From positions 1 through 26,948 of IMG/VR virus record IMGVR_UViG_3300020446_000063: a stretch of DNA of 26,948 nt; one strand, given 5' to 3'. The stretch comes from a virus (taxonomy: Duplodnaviria; Caudoviricetes). Both the position numbers and the translations under genes were made by a program. Below, piece after piece: positions 26,579 through 26,948 of this stretch. How positions within the stretch are numbered: position 1 is the first letter of the stretch; the number at the start of each line of letters is the position of its first letter. The notes under the pieces were generated by a model. The model was not told where the DNA came from. It made no database searches and saw only the letters and a program-made list of their open reading frames with translations.

Positions 26579-26758
26579 ATGAGCGCAACTAGAAAAATGA
26601 CAGATAAAGGTAAAGGTAAGATTGGAGACATGAAAACCCAAGAGAAAAGACTTGAACCTAGAGGTAGTGGTAATAGTGCTAATGACTTTCCAGACTTAAC
26701 TGGTGACGGTAAAGTTACTATGGCTGACATTCTAAAAGGTAGAGGCGTAATTAAATAA
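26579..26758 (+). CDS. Small basic protein (59 aa) with EF-hand/dockerin-like loop, not in the ORF track
   Basis: MSATRKMTDKGKGKIGDMKTQEKRLEPRGSGNSANDFPDLTGDGKVTMADILKGRGVIK; good SD; TAATG coupling to the next gene. Confidence 0.75.
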   Translation: MSATRKMTDKGKGKIGDMKTQEKRLEPRGSGNSANDFPDLTGDGKVTMADILKGRGVIK

Positions 26759-26948
26759 TGCCTAGAACTAGAAAAAAGACTTCTATGAGAGTCAAAAAGC
26801 AAAAGCTGACTAAACGTCAAGAAGGAGCTATGAAGCGTCATTCTAAACATCATACGGCAAAACATATGAAATATATGAAACGTAGAATGCTTATGGGTGA
26901 TACATTTAGACAAGCGCACAAGAAGGCGCAAAAACAGGTAGGTGCATA
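26758..26948 (+). CDS. Small highly basic His-rich protein (at least 63 aa; runs to window edge), not in the ORF track
   Basis: MPRTRKKTSMRVKKQKLTKRQEGAMKRHSKHHTAKHMKYMKRRMLMGDTFRQAHKKAQKQVGA, then TA at the edge (possibly a stop); TAATG coupling. Confidence 0.72.
   Translation, partial: MPRTRKKTSMRVKKQKLTKRQEGAMKRHSKHHTAKHMKYMKRRMLMGDTFRQAHKKAQKQVGA

Noticed and set aside
26548-26931. 127-aa minus-strand ORF in the track
   Set aside because: It is the reverse complement of two plus-strand small genes that have a promoter, SD and TAATG coupling; its hydrophobicity merely mirrors Lys-rich codons.
1-26948. tRNA, rRNA, CRISPR array, integrase, transposase, intron/intein or stop-codon reassignment
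   Set aside because: Coding density is near complete under the standard code, all three stop codons terminate genes, and no such motifs or spaced repeats were seen by eye.

Overview
A single-strand (+), densely packed, visibly AT-rich stretch of a tailed dsDNA bacteriophage genome covering most of the virion-morphogenesis and lysis region. It most likely belongs to a short-tailed, podovirus-like phage, and several of its gene families are typical of uncultured marine phages. Gene order: 3' part of a major capsid gene (N4-gp56/DUF4043-like) with a UUCG terminator; two head-tail adaptor-like genes; a GNAT-like gene; four ejection (internal virion) proteins, including a 2234-aa giant with an HExxH motif; a BppU-like protein, an 18-aa-repeat protein and a collar-like protein; a large set of fibre/receptor-binding genes, including a tandemly duplicated fibre-tip plus partner cassette and an S74 fibre plus tip adhesin; an orphan 347-aa protein; a lysis cassette (M15 peptidase, two membrane proteins); a 933W/Stx-phage-like nozzle and tip fibre with chaperone; and small genes, including a minimal MscS-like protein. 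The best leads are a stripped-down self-cleaving S74 domain capping an ejection protein, a possible ABBA prenyltransferase-fold protein coupled to the tip adhesin, the swappable fibre-tip cassettes, and the mini-MscS. No tRNA, rRNA, CRISPR array, integrase or transposase was seen. All family assignments are from recalled motifs, not database searches.
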